A stretch of DNA of 64,000 nt from Leptolyngbyaceae cyanobacterium clean351 (lineage in GTDB: Bacteria; Cyanobacteriota; Cyanobacteriia; DAIDHW01): contig DAIDHW010000003.1 in NCBI GenBank assembly GCA_027451865.1, positions 6,891-70,890 of the forward strand, in the 5' to 3' direction. The notes under the pieces were generated by a model. It was not told the origin of the DNA, searched no databases, and worked only from the letters and a program-made list of their open reading frames with translations. The position numbers and the translations under genes were made by a program. This document shows, piece after piece, positions 62,888 to 64,000 of this stretch. Every line of letters starts with the position of its first letter. The first letter of the stretch is position 1.

Positions 62888-63751
62888 TTAGGACTCCCGG
62901 CCGCCCCGACCGCGCTTGGAGGACTTGCGCCGTCGCCGGACGATCAGGCTGTCACTGGCCTTGCCCTTCTTCCGGGTTTTGTAGCCGAGGGCCGGTTTAC
63001 CCCAAGGGGTCATGGGGGCTGGATGCCCAATGGGAGAGCACCCTTCACCACCACCGTGGGGGTGGTCGACGGGGTTCATGGCGCTACCGCGCACCTCCGG
63101 ACGCCGACCTAGCCAGCGCTTACGGCCAGCCTTACCGAGGCTGATGTTACGGCTCTCCAGGTTACCCACTTGTCCGAGGGTGGCGTAGCACTCGCGGCGG
63201 ATCTTGCGCACTTCCCCCGAGGGGAGCTGCACCGACACGTAGTCTCCTTCCTTAGCCTTAACCTGGGCAGTGGCCCCAGCTGAGCGGACGATCTGGCCCC
63301 CCCGCCCGGCAATCAGCTCCAGGTTATGGACATTAGTACCCAGGGGGATATTGCCGAGGGGGAGGGCATTGCCTACCTCAAGGGGAGCCTCGGGTCCCGA
63401 GACGATGGTTTGACCTACCTGGAGACCGATGGGGTGGAGGATATAGCGCTTCTCCCCATCGGTGTACTGCACCAGGGCAATCCGGGCATTGCGGTTAGGG
63501 TCGTACTCGATCTCGAGCACCTGGGCTGGGATGGAGTGCTTGTCCCGCCGGAAGTCAATGATCCGGTACAGCTTCTTATGACCGCCGCCCCGGTGGCGAC
63601 AGGTGATCACCCCTTGGTTATTACGGCCCTTGGGCCGGTGCCGCCGTTCCGTGAGGGACTTTTCGGGGTGGTCGCGGGTGATTTCAGCAAAGTCAGCCAC
63701 CGTGTGGGCACGGGTGCTAGAGGTGTAGGGACGGTAGGAGCGAATACCCAT
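62888..63751 (-). CDS. rplB: 50S ribosomal protein L2
   Basis: It matches the L2 family. The start is at the internal [10 protein letters not shown] methionine; the track ORF is extended at its 5' end. Confidence 0.9.
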   Translation of the reverse strand: MGIRSYRPYTSSTRAHTVADFAEITRDHPEKSLTERRHRPKGRNNQGVITCRHRGGGHKKLYRIIDFRRDKHSIPAQVLEIEYDPNRNARIALVQYTDGEKRYILHPIGLQVGQTIVSGPEAPLEVGNALPLGNIPLGTNVHNLELIAGRGGQIVRSAGATAQVKAKEGDYVSVQLPSGEVRKIRRECYATLGQVGNLESRNISLGKAGRKRWLGRRPEVRGSAMNPVDHPHGGGEGCSPIGHPAPMTPWGKPALGYKTRKKGKASDSLIVRRRRKSSKRGRGGRES

Positions 63752-63788
63752 AGGGGAGAAAAGGACGGTGAGGGGACAAGGGGGGAGC

Positions 63789-64000
63789 TTAGACGTCTGG
63801 GAACAAGGAAATCTTGTCACCCGGAGCAAGGGTAACCACCACTTTCTTATAGCGAGGCCGCCAACCGAGAAACTTGCCCATACGGCGCTTTTTGGGGGGC
63901 AGGTTACAGCTGTTAACCTGGGTGACGCGCACGTCAAAGAGGGCTTCGATGGCTGCCTTGACCTGAGGTTTTGTAGCCTGGGGGACTACCTCAAAGGTGT
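63789..64000 (-). CDS. rplW: 50S ribosomal protein L23, 5'-truncated by window edge
   Basis: Translating the minus strand by hand gives an L23 C-terminal sequence (...[16 protein letters not shown]...[16 protein letters not shown]). Confidence 0.8.
   Translation of the reverse strand, partial: TFEVVPQATKPQVKAAIEALFDVRVTQVNSCNLPPKKRRMGKFLGWRPRYKKVVVTLAPGDKISLFPDV

Noticed and set aside
62888-63937. 349-aa version of rplB, and the extended versions of rpsH, mrdA and BLUF
   Set aside because: The N-terminal extensions are not conserved and would overlap upstream genes. Internal methionines give canonical lengths.

Overview
The window reads as a high-GC (~60-65%) cyanobacterial chromosome segment. 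Supporting this: a split DnaE C-terminal half with an intein-C, a PixD-like BLUF photoreceptor, a CruF/CruG myxoxanthophyll gene pair, heme oxygenase, the FtrV subunit, cyanobacterial-type long aspartokinase, and a cyanobacteria-style ribosomal protein/secY/rpoA cluster.

Layout:
- Left ~36 kb: housekeeping genes (nagA, PBP2, hemW-like, ppk, tRNA-Ala, fur, dnaE-C, cobO, sensor kinases, gcvT, birA, ubiD, ho1, ABC1 kinase, cobK, lysC, pyrB).
- About 36.55-41.28 kb: a sharply AT-rich island (GC about 40-47% by eye). It carries a transposase-like remnant, a large GT-C-like membrane protein, a small unknown protein, and a two-gene module (XRE-HTH protein plus His-Me/HNH nuclease) that looks partly decayed. 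The module has a palindromic operator in its divergent promoter and an in-frame amber codon inside the nuclease gene. This is the best candidate for an undescribed, probably defence/restriction-like, system.
- After the island: a single-polypeptide Ser/Thr-kinase--TIR--STAND(AAA-like) conflict-type protein; dapB; a GT28-C protein preceded by a perfect 28-bp tandem duplication; a STAS-domain::polyprenyl-phosphate sugar-transferase fusion; prfA; and the ribosomal cluster (rplW through rpsI), with a pixD-like BLUF gene inserted between rpsI and rpmE.

No CRISPR array, rRNA or integrase was seen. Many long ORFs on the opposite strand are GC-driven shadow ORFs and were rejected.
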